A stretch of DNA of 32,000 nucleotides from Hydrogenibacillus schlegelii (GCF_001653195.1 NZ_JXBB01000006.1:14592-46591), one strand, 5' to 3'. Numbered from the stretch's first letter, positions 16,073 through 25,906 are shown. The notes: generated from the sequence alone by a model not told the origin. Made by a program: numbers and translations.

Positions 16073-17857
16073 GTGCGGCTGTTTCGCGAACTCGGTTGGT
16101 TTTTCTGGCAGGAACGCCGGGCGTATGGGCTCGGCGCGCTCTTTTTGGTCGTCATCGCGTGCATCAATCTGCTCCCCCCGTACTGGGTCGGCCGGACGGT
16201 CGATGCGATCCGGTCGGGGACGGTGACGCCGGCGGAGCTTGCGCGAACGAGTCTGGCGATCCTCGCCGTGGCGGGGGTGTCGTATGCCCTCCGGTACGGG
16301 TGGCGACTTTATCTGTTCGGGAGCGCATATCGGCTCGGGATGCTCCTTCGCAACCGGCTGTTCGCCCGGTTTGTGCGGCTTACGCCGGCGTTTTACCAGC
16401 GGGAGCAGGTGGGCGACCTCCTCGCTCACGTGACGAACGACGTGGAGGCGCTGGAGGCGGCCGCCGGCGAAGGGGTGATGACGCTCGTCGATGCGGTGAG
16501 CATGGGCTGGCTCGTCGTCGGCATGCTGTTCTGGCTCGACGGGCGGCTGGCCCTCGTCGCTCTCTTGCCGATGCCGGCGATCGCCGTCCTGACGAAGCGC
16601 CTCGGAGATGCGATGCACGAGCGCTTCGAGCGGGCCCAGGGGGCGTTCAGCGCCCTGTCCGCCAAGGTGCAGGAGGGGATCGGCGGCCTCCGGGTGCTTC
16701 GGGCGCTCGGCCAGACGGATCGGGAGGTCGAAGCGTTCCGGCGGGCGGCGGAGGCGGCGGCCCGGGAAAACGTCGAGGTGGCCAAGATCGACGCGCTGTA
16801 TTATCCGGTGATTTTTTTCTTCGTCGGGCTGTCGTACTTTCTCACCGTCGCCGTCGGCGCGCTGTTCATCGTGCAGGGGACGCTCACGCTGGGAACGCTC
16901 ACGTCGTTTACGATGTACCTCGGGCACCTCATCTGGCCGATGCTCGCCTTCGGGTATCTGTTCAACATCATGGAGCGGGGGAGCGCCTCGTACGACCGGA
17001 TCCGGCGGCTTCTTACGGCGGAGCCGGCGGTCGCGGACCGACCGGGGGCGGATCCGCGGCCGCCTCGGGGGCCGATCGCGATCCGCATCCGGCGCTTCGC
17101 CTACCCGAATGCGGCGGCGCCGGCGTTGGAAGCGGTGTTCGTCGATCTGCCGGAAGGGGCGACCCTCGGCGTCGTCGGTCCGGTCGGAGCCGGGAAATCG
17201 ACGCTCCTTCGCCTTCTCGTCCGGGAGTATGACGTCGAAGACGGAGAGATCGCGATCGGGGGCCGGCCCCTTTCGGCGTTCACCCTCTCCGCCCTTCGGA
17301 CGGCGGTCGTCTACGTCCCGCAGGAGCCGATCCTCTTTTCGGCGACGGTGCGGGAGAACATCGCCTTTGCCCGGCCGGAGGCGCCGTTTGAGGCGATCGT
17401 GCGGGCGGCCAGGCTGGCGGAGCTCCACGACGACATCGTCCGGTTTCCGGAGGGGTATGAGACGCCGATCGGGGAACGGGGGGTGACCCTCTCCGGCGGG
17501 CAACGGCAGCGCCTCGCCCTCGCCCGGGCGCTCCTTCTGGATCCGGAGGTGCTCGTCATCGACGACGGCCTGTCGGCGGTGGACGGCCGGACGGAGGCGC
17601 GCATCCTGGCCAACCTTCGGGCGGAGCGCCGGGGCAGGACGACGATCATCGCCGCCCACCGCCTGAGCGCCGTCGAGGCGGCGGATCGCATCCTCGTCCT
17701 GATCGACGGGCGGGTGGCGGAGTTGGGGGATCATGCGTCGCTCATGGCCGCCGGAGGGTGGTACGCCCGGACGTACCGGCGGCAGAAGCAGTGGGCGGCC
17801 ATGCGGGAGACGCTTAAGCAAGCGGAGGGACCCAGCGTTGGACGGCGGGAAGCGTGA
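16073..17857 (+). CDS. ABC exporter half-transporter (TMD-NBD) carrying the degenerate ATPase site
   Basis: 594 aa with six predicted TM helices. Walker A GPVGAGKST, signature LSGGQRQR, Walker B LVIDD followed by G (Asp in place of the catalytic Glu), H-loop AAHRLS. GTG follows GAGGTGA, which contains the stop of the upstream gene. Confidence 0.9.
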   Translation: MRLFRELGWFFWQERRAYGLGALFLVVIACINLLPPYWVGRTVDAIRSGTVTPAELARTSLAILAVAGVSYALRYGWRLYLFGSAYRLGMLLRNRLFARFVRLTPAFYQREQVGDLLAHVTNDVEALEAAAGEGVMTLVDAVSMGWLVVGMLFWLDGRLALVALLPMPAIAVLTKRLGDAMHERFERAQGAFSALSAKVQEGIGGLRVLRALGQTDREVEAFRRAAEAAARENVEVAKIDALYYPVIFFFVGLSYFLTVAVGALFIVQGTLTLGTLTSFTMYLGHLIWPMLAFGYLFNIMERGSASYDRIRRLLTAEPAVADRPGADPRPPRGPIAIRIRRFAYPNAAAPALEAVFVDLPEGATLGVVGPVGAGKSTLLRLLVREYDVEDGEIAIGGRPLSAFTLSALRTAVVYVPQEPILFSATVRENIAFARPEAPFEAIVRAARLAELHDDIVRFPEGYETPIGERGVTLSGGQRQRLALARALLLDPEVLVIDDGLSAVDGRTEARILANLRAERRGRTTIIAAHRLSAVEAADRILVLIDGRVAELGDHASLMAAGGWYARTYRRQKQWAAMRETLKQAEGPSVGRREA

Positions 17858-19640
17858 CGCGGCGGACGAGCGGGTCGAGTACGGCGTCCGGCGGGCCCGC
17901 CGCGTCGGCCGACGGCTGCTTCGGTATGCGGGGCGGGAGTGGCGGCTTTTTCTCGTCGGGTTCGCGTTCCTGTTTCTGGCCACCGCCGGGAACGTCCTCG
18001 GGCCGGCCCTCATCCGGCGGTTTATCGACCGGCACCTCGTCCCCGGCGATTTTGCGCCGAAGCCGCTTTTGCTGCTGGCGGCGGCGTATCTCCTTTCGCT
18101 CGTGCTCACGGCGGTTTTTCAGTTTTTGCAGTATGTGGCGTTCGGAAAGGCGGCCCAGCGGATCGTCCTCCGGATCCGGATGGACGTCTACCGGCGGGCG
18201 ACGGGGTTTGCCATGGCGTTTTACGACCGGGTGCCGTCCGGGTGGCTCGTCTCCCGGGTGACGAACGACACCGAGGCGCTCAAGGAGCTGTACGCCACGG
18301 TCATCGCCGCTTTTGTGCAAAACGGGGTGTTCCTCCTCGGGGTGACGGGGGCGCTCTTCATCCTCGATCCCCGGTCGGCTCTCTGGCTCGTCTGGGTGCT
18401 TCCGGCGGCCTTCGGGCTCATGGTCGCCTACCGGCGGCTTTCGGACGGCGTCGTCCGCGCGGTGCGGAAGACGCTCTCGGCGCTCAGCGGCTTTTTGGGC
18501 GAGGCGCTCGCCGGCATGCGGGTCATTCAGGCGTACCGGCAGGAGGGCCGGTTTCAGGAGCGGTTTGAGGCGCTCACGGCGACGGCCTACGGCGCCCAGC
18601 TTCGGCGGATCCGGCTGAACGCCCTTCTCGTCCGTCCGGCGGTCGACGTCCTCTACCTTCTCGCCCTCGTCGTCCTCGTCGACGTCTTCGGGCTCCGGTC
18701 CCTCACCGGCGCCGTTTCCCTCGGCGTGCTGGTGGCGTTCATCGCGTATGTCGACCGGATGTTTGAGCCGGTGAACGAGATGATGTTCAGCTTGACCTTT
18801 CTGCAGGGAGCGCTCGTCGCCGGCGAGCGGGTTTTCGGGCTTCTCGATCACGAGGAGCCGTTCTTTAAGCCCGAGCGGCTGGCGCCGGGCGGGATCCGGG
18901 AAGGGCGGATCGAGTTTCGCGACGTGTCGTTTGCGTACGATCCGGCCCATCCGGTGCTCGACGGGGTGACGTTCACGGTCGAGCCGGGACAGACGGTCGC
19001 GCTCGTCGGCCCCACCGGCGCCGGCAAATCGACGATCGCCGGCCTCATCCTCCGCTTTTACCGGCCGACCGCCGGCGAGATCCGGATCGACGGCCGGCCG
19101 CTCGACGACTACGACGAGGCGGTGCTCCGGCGGGACGTCGGATATGTGCTTCAGGAGCCGTTTTTGTTCGGCGGCGACGTGGCGTTCAACATCCGGCTTT
19201 ATGACGACGTTCCGGAGGAAGCGGTCGCGCAGGCGGCGGCGTTCGTCGGCCTCGACCGGCGCCTGGCGCGCCTTCCGGAGGGGCTTCGGACGCCGGTGAT
19301 GGAGCGCGGGGCGGCGCTTTCCGCCGGAGAGCGGCAGCTCGTCGCTTTTGCCCGGGTCATGCTTCGAAACCCGAAAATCCTCATCCTGGACGAGGCGACG
19401 GCGAGCGTCGATTCGGAGACGGAGGCGCTGATCGAGGAGGCCCTCGCGCGGATGCGGCGGGACCGGACGACGATCATCATCGCCCACCGGCTGTCGACGA
19501 TCCAGAAGGCCGACCGGATCTTCGTCCTCTCCCGGGGCCGGATTGTCGAAGCCGGGACGCACGAGACGCTCATGGCCAAAGGCGGTCTATACGCGACGAT
19601 GGTCCGGTTGCAGACGGAAGGGGAGGCGGATTTCGGCTGA
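17838..19640 (+). CDS. ABC exporter half-transporter (TMD-NBD) carrying the consensus ATPase site
   Basis: Walker A GPTGAGKST, atypical signature LSAGERQ, Walker B LILDE with the catalytic Glu, H-loop IAHRLS. TTG 17838 lies 9 nt after GGAGG and overlaps the upstream gene by 20 nt. Confidence 0.9.
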   Translation: MDGGKRDAADERVEYGVRRARRVGRRLLRYAGREWRLFLVGFAFLFLATAGNVLGPALIRRFIDRHLVPGDFAPKPLLLLAAAYLLSLVLTAVFQFLQYVAFGKAAQRIVLRIRMDVYRRATGFAMAFYDRVPSGWLVSRVTNDTEALKELYATVIAAFVQNGVFLLGVTGALFILDPRSALWLVWVLPAAFGLMVAYRRLSDGVVRAVRKTLSALSGFLGEALAGMRVIQAYRQEGRFQERFEALTATAYGAQLRRIRLNALLVRPAVDVLYLLALVVLVDVFGLRSLTGAVSLGVLVAFIAYVDRMFEPVNEMMFSLTFLQGALVAGERVFGLLDHEEPFFKPERLAPGGIREGRIEFRDVSFAYDPAHPVLDGVTFTVEPGQTVALVGPTGAGKSTIAGLILRFYRPTAGEIRIDGRPLDDYDEAVLRRDVGYVLQEPFLFGGDVAFNIRLYDDVPEEAVAQAAAFVGLDRRLARLPEGLRTPVMERGAALSAGERQLVAFARVMLRNPKILILDEATASVDSETEALIEEALARMRRDRTTIIIAHRLSTIQKADRIFVLSRGRIVEAGTHETLMAKGGLYATMVRLQTEGEADFG

Positions 19641-19675
19641 CGGGCGGGGGGCGTCAGGACGACCGGCGGTGCGGC

Positions 19676-19780
19676 CGGCGGGAAAGGCGCGGCGGCGGGA
19701 AGGCGCGGCGGCGGGAAGGCGCGGCGACCGGCGGGAAGGCGCGACGGCGGGACGGGCGATGGGACGGGCGGGAAGGGGGA
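19676..19780. repeat. G-rich minisatellite: ~4.5 copies of a 16-bp unit CGGCGGGAAGGCGCGG, decaying into related GGGA/GGCG sequence
   Basis: Units at 19676-19692 (one extra A), 19693-19708, 19709-19724 and 19729-19744, with a degenerate tail to ~19780. Intergenic between the ABC exporter and the dehydrogenase. Confidence 0.85.
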
Positions 19781-19906
19781 CGGACGGCCGGTGAGGTGCG
19801 CGCGACGGCCGGCAGGAGTTTTTCGTCCCGGCGGCGAATCCCCCAAGGAACGAGGGATCGGAAAAAGATCGGCCCAAGCGGGCATCCTGTAAAGGAGGCG
19901 GGAGGC

Positions 19907-20887
19907 TTGAGCGATCGGCGCATTTTCGTCAGCCGGCGTCTTCCGGAAGCGGTGCTGGCGCCGCTCCGGTCGCTCGGGACGGTCGAGGTCTGGCCGGAAG
20001 AAACCGTCCCGCCGCCGCGGGAGGTGCTCCTCGAAGCGGCGGCGCGCGCCCGGGCGATGCTCACCCTGATCACCGACCGGATCGACGCCGAAATGATCGA
20101 ACGGGCGGAGTCGCTCGCGATCATCGCCAACATGGCCGTCGGGTACAACAACATCGACGTCGCCGCGGCCCGGCGGCGGGGCATCTGGGTGACGAACACG
20201 CCGGACGTTTTGACCGAGACGACGGCCGATCTCGTCATGGCGCTCCTGCTCGCGGCGATGCGGCGGCTTCCGCAGGCGGAGCGGGCCCTTCGGGAGAGGC
20301 AGTGGCAGGGCTGGTCGCCGTTTGACTTCGTCGGCCTGGACGTTCACGGCAAGCGCCTCGGCATCTTCGGCATGGGCCGGATCGGCCGGGCGGTCGCCCG
20401 GCGGGCCCGGGGATTCGACATGGAGATCCTCTACCACAACCGCCGGCGCCTGCCGGAGGCGGTCGAGCGGGGCATCCCGGCCCGGTACGTCGACTTTGCC
20501 GCCCTCGTCCAGGAGAGCGACGTCCTCGTCATCCTGGCGCCGTACGCGCCGGAGCTCTACCACCGGTTCAACCGGGAGGTGCTGTACGGGATGAAGCGCG
20601 GCGCGGTGCTCATCGTCGCGTCCCGGGGCGGCATCGTCGACGAGGCCGCCCTCGTCGAAGTGCTTCGGGCCGGTCACCTGGCGGCGGCGGGCCTCGACGT
20701 CTTCGAAACGGAGCCGATCCCGCCGGATCATCCGCTTCTTACGGTCGAAAACGCCGTCCTTTTGCCCCACATCGGGAGCGCCACGGTCGAAACCCGCCTC
20801 AAGATGGCCGAACGGGCGGTGGACAACATCGTCCGGGTGCTCACCGGCCGGCCGCCTCGGGATCCGGTCGACGCCGACGGGCCGTAA
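19907..20887 (+). CDS. D-isomer-specific 2-hydroxyacid dehydrogenase (glyoxylate/hydroxypyruvate reductase-like)
   Basis: NAD fold GIFGMGRIGRAVARRA, plus catalytic-region motifs SRGGIVDE, GLDVFETEP and LLPHIGSAT. TTG 19907 follows AAAGGAGGCGGGAGG. Confidence 0.85.
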   Translation: MSDRRIFVSRRLPEAVLAPLRSLGTVEVWPEETVPPPREVLLEAAARARAMLTLITDRIDAEMIERAESLAIIANMAVGYNNIDVAAARRRGIWVTNTPDVLTETTADLVMALLLAAMRRLPQAERALRERQWQGWSPFDFVGLDVHGKRLGIFGMGRIGRAVARRARGFDMEILYHNRRRLPEAVERGIPARYVDFAALVQESDVLVILAPYAPELYHRFNREVLYGMKRGAVLIVASRGGIVDEAALVEVLRAGHLAAAGLDVFETEPIPPDHPLLTVENAVLLPHIGSATVETRLKMAERAVDNIVRVLTGRPPRDPVDADGP

Positions 20888-21059
20888 CCGGGAAGGGGCG
20901 GCCAAAGCGGCGGCGTTGCGGGGATCGCCGGGGAAGGAAAAGAAGCGCCGCCGATCGGCCGGGTCGCCGATGCGGGCGCTTTCGGGCGACGGAAGCGCCG
21001 GGAGGACGATGCCGGCGCCTTTTACGGCGGAAGAAGCGGGAGAGGCAGCGGCGAAAAGG

Positions 21060-21088
21060 ATGACGCCGGTGCCTTTTTCCGGTATAAT
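21060..21088 (+). promoter_or_regulatory. candidate sigma-A promoter of the aconitase gene
   Basis: ATGACG (21060-21065), 17-nt spacer, consensus TATAAT (21083-21088). It lies ~80 nt upstream of ATG 21169. Confidence 0.5.
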
Positions 21089-21168
21089 GGTGCTGATCAG
21101 AGAAACGAAGTTCTGTCAAACGAAACAACGGCGCCGGCCCGGCGGCCGGCGGATGAGGAGGCGGCGCC

Positions 21169-23859
21169 ATGGACGTTCGGACCCTTTGGCGGGAGCTTAT
21201 CGTCGACGGGAAGACGTACCGCTACGTCGCCCTGCCGGAACTTCGGCATTTCGGCTATCGGCCGGAGCGGCTCCCGTTTTCCATCCGGGTGCTCCTCGAG
21301 GCGGCGATCCGGCAGCTCGACGGTCGGGCGATCACCGAGGAGCACGTCCGGCTCATCGCCGGCTGGGAGACGGCGGACAAGACGAAGGAGATCCCCTTTT
21401 TGCCGGCGCGAATCGTGCTCCAGGATTTTACCGGCGTGCCGGCGGTCGTCGACCTCGCGGCGATGCGGGAGGCGATGGCGAAGCGGGGCGGCGATCCGCG
21501 GCGGATCAACCCCCTCGTGCCGGTCGACCTCGTCATCGACCATTCGGTCATGGTCGACGTCTACGGCTCCAAAGAAGCCCTCGAGGCGAACATGGAGTAC
21601 GAATTCCGGCGGAACATGGAACGCTACCGCTTCCTCCGCTGGGCGCAGAAAGCGTTTGACGACTTCCGGGTCGTGCCGCCGGCGACGGGGATCGTCCATC
21701 AGGTCAACCTCGAATATCTCGCCACCCTCGTCCGGGAAAAGGAGACGCCGGACGGGACGGTGCTCTTCCCCGATTCCCTCGTCGGCACCGACTCCCACAC
21801 GACGATGATCAACGGCCTCGGCGTCGTCGGCTGGGGCGTCGGCGGCATCGAGGCGGAGGCGGGCATGCTCGGCCAGCCGCTCTATTTCCTCCTGCCGGAG
21901 GTCGTCGGCTTCCGCCTGACGGGGAAGCTCCCGGAGGGGGCGACGGCGACGGACCTCGTGCTCACGGTGACGCACATCCTGCGGAAAAAAGGCGTCGTCG
22001 GCAAGTTCGTCGAATTTTTCGGCCCCGGGGTCAAGACCCTCTCCCTCGCCGACCGGGCGACGGTGGCGAACATGGCGCCGGAGTACGGCGCGACGATGGG
22101 CTACTTCCCCGTCGACGAAGAGTCGATCCGCTATCTCGCCCTCACCGGCCGGGACGAGGCGCTCGTCCGACGGGTCGAGGCGTACTACAAGGCGCAGGAG
22201 ATGTTCTACGGCGACGGGACGCCGGATCCGGTCTATTCCGACGTCGTGGAACTGGATCTCGCCACCGTCGTGCCGACGATCGCCGGGCCCCGGCGGCCCC
22301 AGGACCGGATCGATCTGGACAAGGCCAGGGCGACGATCGAGACGCTGTTCGAAAAACCCGTCGCGGAAGGCGGTTACGGCCTCGCCGGCGAGGCGCGCGA
22401 GCGGGCGGTCCTTGTCCGGCACCCGAGCGGCGAGACGTCGACGCTCCGGCACGGCTCGATCGTCATCGCCGCCATCACGAGCTGCACGAACACGTCGAAC
22501 CCGAGCGTTATGATCGGCGCCGGCCTCGTCGCCAAAAAGGCCGTCGAACGGGGGCTCAAGGTGCCGCCGTACGTCAAGACCAGCCTCGCGCCGGGTTCGC
22601 GCGTCGTGACTCGCTATCTCGAAGACGCCGGCCTCTTGGAGGCCCTGGAAAAACTGGGGTTTGCCGTCGTCGGCTACGGCTGCACGACATGCATCGGCAA
22701 CAGCGGTCCTCTGCCGGATGAAGTGAGCGCGGCGATCCGGGACGGCGACCTCACCGTGGCCGCGGTCTTAAGCGGCAACCGCAACTTCGAAGGGCGGATC
22801 CACGCCCAGGTGAAGGCGAACTTCCTCGCCTCGCCGCCCCTCGTCGTCGCCTACGCCATCGCCGGGCGGGTCGACATCGATCTCATGACGGAGCCCCTCG
22901 GCACGGACCGGGAAGGGCGGCCGGTCTACCTGAAGGACCTCTGGCCGACGTCCCGGGAGATTCAGGACGCGATCCTCAAGACCGTCACGCCGGAAAAATT
23001 CCGCGAGACGTACCGGGACGTCTTTACCGGCAACAGCCGCTGGAACGCCATCGACGTGCCCGAAGGGATGCTTTACGCCTGGGATCCGAACTCGACGTAC
23101 ATCCAGCATCCGCCGTTTTTTGAAGGGTTGGAGGCGGAGCGCGGCATCCGGGACATCCGCGGGGCGCGGGCGCTGCTTCTCCTCGGCGATTCGGTGACCA
23201 CGGACCACATATCCCCGGCCGGGGCCATCGCCCCGGATTCGCCGGCGGGCCGCTATCTGCTGGAGCGGGGCGTCGCCCAGCGGGACTTCAACTCTTACGG
23301 CTCCCGGCGGGGCAACCATGAGGTGATGATGCGCGGGACGTTCGCCAACATTCGCCTGCGGAACCTGATGCTCCCCGGCACCGAAGGCGGCGTGACGAAG
23401 CATTTCCCCAGCGGCGAGATCATGAGCGTGTACGAGGCGGCCATGCGCTATCGGGCCGCAGGGACGCCGCTTGTCGTCCTCGCCGGAAAAGAATACGGCA
23501 CCGGCTCATCCCGCGACTGGGCGGCCAAGGGGACGGCCCTCCTCGGCATCCGGGCGGTCATCGCCGAAAGCATTGAGCGCATCCACCGGTCGAACCTCGT
23601 CGGCATGGGGGTGCTGCCCCTCGAATTCATGCCCGGCGAAAGCTGGCGGTCCCTCGGCCTGACCGGGGAGGAGATCTTCGACATCGAAGGTCTTCACGAC
23701 GACCTCCGGCCCGGCGCGGTCCTCACCGTCCGGGCGACGCGGCCGGACGGGCGGGTGACGACGTTCAACGTCAAAAGCCGCCTCGACAGCGTCGTCGAGA
23801 TCGATTACTACAAAAACGGCGGCATTTTGCAGACGGTGCTCAAGCAGCTGATGGCATAA
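21169..23859 (+). CDS. acnA: aconitate hydratase A
   Basis: 896 aa. Fe-S ligand contexts [10 protein letters not shown] and [21 protein letters not shown], and the C-terminal swivel domain [25 protein letters not shown]. Confidence 0.95.
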   Translation: MDVRTLWRELIVDGKTYRYVALPELRHFGYRPERLPFSIRVLLEAAIRQLDGRAITEEHVRLIAGWETADKTKEIPFLPARIVLQDFTGVPAVVDLAAMREAMAKRGGDPRRINPLVPVDLVIDHSVMVDVYGSKEALEANMEYEFRRNMERYRFLRWAQKAFDDFRVVPPATGIVHQVNLEYLATLVREKETPDGTVLFPDSLVGTDSHTTMINGLGVVGWGVGGIEAEAGMLGQPLYFLLPEVVGFRLTGKLPEGATATDLVLTVTHILRKKGVVGKFVEFFGPGVKTLSLADRATVANMAPEYGATMGYFPVDEESIRYLALTGRDEALVRRVEAYYKAQEMFYGDGTPDPVYSDVVELDLATVVPTIAGPRRPQDRIDLDKARATIETLFEKPVAEGGYGLAGEARERAVLVRHPSGETSTLRHGSIVIAAITSCTNTSNPSVMIGAGLVAKKAVERGLKVPPYVKTSLAPGSRVVTRYLEDAGLLEALEKLGFAVVGYGCTTCIGNSGPLPDEVSAAIRDGDLTVAAVLSGNRNFEGRIHAQVKANFLASPPLVVAYAIAGRVDIDLMTEPLGTDREGRPVYLKDLWPTSREIQDAILKTVTPEKFRETYRDVFTGNSRWNAIDVPEGMLYAWDPNSTYIQHPPFFEGLEAERGIRDIRGARALLLLGDSVTTDHISPAGAIAPDSPAGRYLLERGVAQRDFNSYGSRRGNHEVMMRGTFANIRLRNLMLPGTEGGVTKHFPSGEIMSVYEAAMRYRAAGTPLVVLAGKEYGTGSSRDWAAKGTALLGIRAVIAESIERIHRSNLVGMGVLPLEFMPGESWRSLGLTGEEIFDIEGLHDDLRPGAVLTVRATRPDGRVTTFNVKSRLDSVVEIDYYKNGGILQTVLKQLMA

Positions 23860-24109
23860 AATGGACGCCGCTCGAGCGAGGGGCGACGATCGGCGGCCGT
23901 CCTTCGTGGCGACATCCGTCCGCCGAGGGGGGCAATGCTTTCGGTCCGCCGCCGCGACGGATGCTTGGAATCGGCTGCCCGTCTGGGCGGACCCTGGCCG
24001 CCGGCCGTCCGCCGCGGCGTGTCCTTTTGGAAAAGACGGCCGGTCGGATCCGGCACCGTTTGAGACGGGAAACGGGTTTGTGGAACAGGGATCGGTTTTT
24101 GTGGTTCAG

Positions 24110-24134
24110 GCGCCCCGGCCGGGGCGCTTTTTTT
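24110..24134 (+). terminator. rho-independent terminator, 250 nt downstream of the acnA stop
   Basis: GCGCCCC (24110-24116), loop GGCC, GGGGCGC (24121-24127), then T7 (24128-24134). Confidence 0.8.
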
Positions 24135-24204
24135 CCGGCCTGTCTCTTGGGGCGGCAGCAGCGCACTTGAAGAATTTTGCTTTACCGTGATAACGGGATA
24201 AAGG

Positions 24205-24232
24205 TTGACAACCGGCGGCGGACGTTTAGAAT
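24205..24232 (+). promoter_or_regulatory. sigma-A promoter of the amino-acid ABC operon
   Basis: Consensus TTGACA (24205-24210), 16-nt spacer, TAGAAT (24227-24232). Confidence 0.6.
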
Positions 24233-24237
24233 TAGAG

Positions 24238-24269
24238 GCATATGAATGCACCGCCTCGCAATCATATGC
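24238..24269. promoter_or_regulatory. 12-bp-arm inverted repeat at or near the transcription start (operator or 5' stem-loop)
   Basis: GCATATGAATGC (24238-24249), 8-nt spacer, GCAATCATATGC (24258-24269). 11 of 12 positions are complementary. It begins 6 nt after the -10 box. Confidence 0.5.
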
Positions 24270-24329
24270 AGAAGGGGTAGGTTTCTCTTGAAAAGAATGG
24301 AGAATGAAGAAAGGGAAGGGAGACCGAAG

Positions 24330-25190
24330 ATGGATCGGGACCGCAAGACAGAAACGCCGGCCGCGCTTCGTCGTCTGGGGCGCAGGCTTCTTCCGCTCTT
24401 TTTTCTCGTCGCCTTCGGCGCGGGTCTGGCGGCGTGCGGCGGCGGTTCTCAGGGGGGAGGCGCCGCGGGCGGCGGTGCGTCGTCCGAGGGGCCGGCGGCC
24501 GGCGGCGAGAAGACGATCCTCGTCGTCGGAAGCGACGCCGCTTATGCGCCTTTTGAGTACGTGAACGAAAAGGGCGAGATCGTCGGCTGGGACATCGACC
24601 TCATCCACAAGCTGGGGGAGCTCGGCGGCTTTCAGGTGGAGATCCGGAACCTTCCCTGGGATTCCCTTTTCCAGGAAGTGAAAAACGGCGGCGTCGACGC
24701 GGCCATCTCCGCCATCACGATCACCGACGACCGGAAGCTCACCTACGACTTCAGCGATCCGTACTACGTCGCCCACCAGCTCGTCCTCGTCCCCGAAGAT
24801 TCGCCGATCCAGACGCTTGAAGATCTCAAGACGAAAGCCCGCTACGTCGGCGTGCAAAACGCGACGACCGGCCACATCGTCGCGCAAAATCTCCTCGGCA
24901 AGACGAGCCCGAAGATCAAAGCGTACGAGTCGACGCCGCTTGCGATCCAGGACATGCTCGGCGGCAACACCGACGCCGTCATCGCCGACAACGCCGTCGT
25001 CATCGAATACGTGAAAAACAACCCGAAGGCGAAGCTTCGCTACTTCGACGATCCGTCCTTTGAAAAAGAGTATTACGGCATCATGGTCAAAAAAGGGAAC
25101 GCCGAGGTGCTCGATCGGATCAACGCCGCGCTGAAAAAGGCGAAAGAAGAAGGCGTGATTCGGGAGATCTTTGGAGCGGACGTCGAATGA
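24330..25190 (+). CDS. polar amino-acid ABC transporter substrate-binding lipoprotein (GlnH/SBP_bac_3-like)
   Basis: Signal peptide with lipobox LAAC followed by a Gly-rich linker. The body has typical family-3 SBP motifs (ILVVGSDAAYAPFEY, GWDIDL, AAISAITITDDR, YVGVQNATTG). ATG 24330 follows GGGAAGGGAG; ATG 24297 is an alternative start. Confidence 0.85.
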   Translation: MDRDRKTETPAALRRLGRRLLPLFFLVAFGAGLAACGGGSQGGGAAGGGASSEGPAAGGEKTILVVGSDAAYAPFEYVNEKGEIVGWDIDLIHKLGELGGFQVEIRNLPWDSLFQEVKNGGVDAAISAITITDDRKLTYDFSDPYYVAHQLVLVPEDSPIQTLEDLKTKARYVGVQNATTGHIVAQNLLGKTSPKIKAYESTPLAIQDMLGGNTDAVIADNAVVIEYVKNNPKAKLRYFDDPSFEKEYYGIMVKKGNAEVLDRINAALKKAKEEGVIREIFGADVE

Positions 25191-25225
25191 GATCGCGCCG
25201 CCGGCACGGGTGAGGGGGACGGACG

Positions 25226-25906
25226 GTGCTCGACCTTCTGGATTTTCGCCCGGAGATCATCTGGAATTACCGGGAACTCTTTATCCGCGGCGTCTACTAC
25301 ACGTTCATTCTCTCCGTCGCCGGCGTGGCCATCGGGCTCGTCATCGGCCTGTTCGCCGGGATGGCCAAGCTCTCCCGGCGGGCGTGGCTCCGGGTTCCGG
25401 CGGTCGTCTACATCGAATTTTTCCGCGGCACGCCGCTTTTCGTCCAGATTCTCCTCATACACTTTGCCGTCCTTCCGACCCTTCTCGGCAAGGCCCAAAG
25501 CCCCATCGTCTCCGGCATCGTCGCCCTCGCCGTCAACTCCGGCGCCTACATCGCGGAAATCTTCCGGGCCGGCATCCAGTCCATCGCCCGCGGACAGATG
25601 GAGGCCGCCCGCTCCCTGGGCTTAAGCCACGCCCAGGCGATGCGCTACGTCATCCTGCCGCAGGCGCTCCGGCGGATGATCCCGCCCCTGGGGAACGAAT
25701 TTCTCATCGTCCTCAAAGACTCGTCCCTCCTTTCGGCCATCGCCGTTCCGGAGCTTGCGAACGCCGGTCGAATCGTCAACGGCGCGCTGCAGCGGCCGTG
25801 GGAGGCCTTTCTGACGGTGCTCGTCCTCTACCTCATTCTGTCTCTCGTCTTGAGCGCCCTCATCCACCGCCTCGAAGGCCGCCTTTCGGCGGGCCGAAGC
25901 GGCTGA
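25226..25906 (+). CDS. amino-acid ABC transporter permease (His/Glu/Gln/Arg/opine family)
   Basis: 226 aa with five hydrophobic segments. [17 protein letters not shown] and the EAA-like loop [34 protein letters not shown]. Confidence 0.9.
   Translation: MLDLLDFRPEIIWNYRELFIRGVYYTFILSVAGVAIGLVIGLFAGMAKLSRRAWLRVPAVVYIEFFRGTPLFVQILLIHFAVLPTLLGKAQSPIVSGIVALAVNSGAYIAEIFRAGIQSIARGQMEAARSLGLSHAQAMRYVILPQALRRMIPPLGNEFLIVLKDSSLLSAIAVPELANAGRIVNGALQRPWEAFLTVLVLYLILSLVLSALIHRLEGRLSAGRSG

Noticed and set aside
13870-16167. 765-aa minus-strand ORF (and similar long antisense ORFs at 1434-2522, 15890-18109, 17814-19562, 19199-20905, 21097-22452, 10424-11860 and 4998-6248)
   Set aside because: All lie antisense to genes with clear family motifs. 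They translate to Arg/Pro/Gly/Asp-rich low-complexity sequence with no recognisable domains. They are the usual stop-poor shadow frames of high-G+C DNA.
23861-24190. 109-aa plus-strand ORF in the acnA downstream region
   Set aside because: It has no SD and an Arg/Ala/Gly/Pro-rich composition, and it runs straight through the rho-independent terminator at 24110-24134. I treated it as non-coding 3' UTR.
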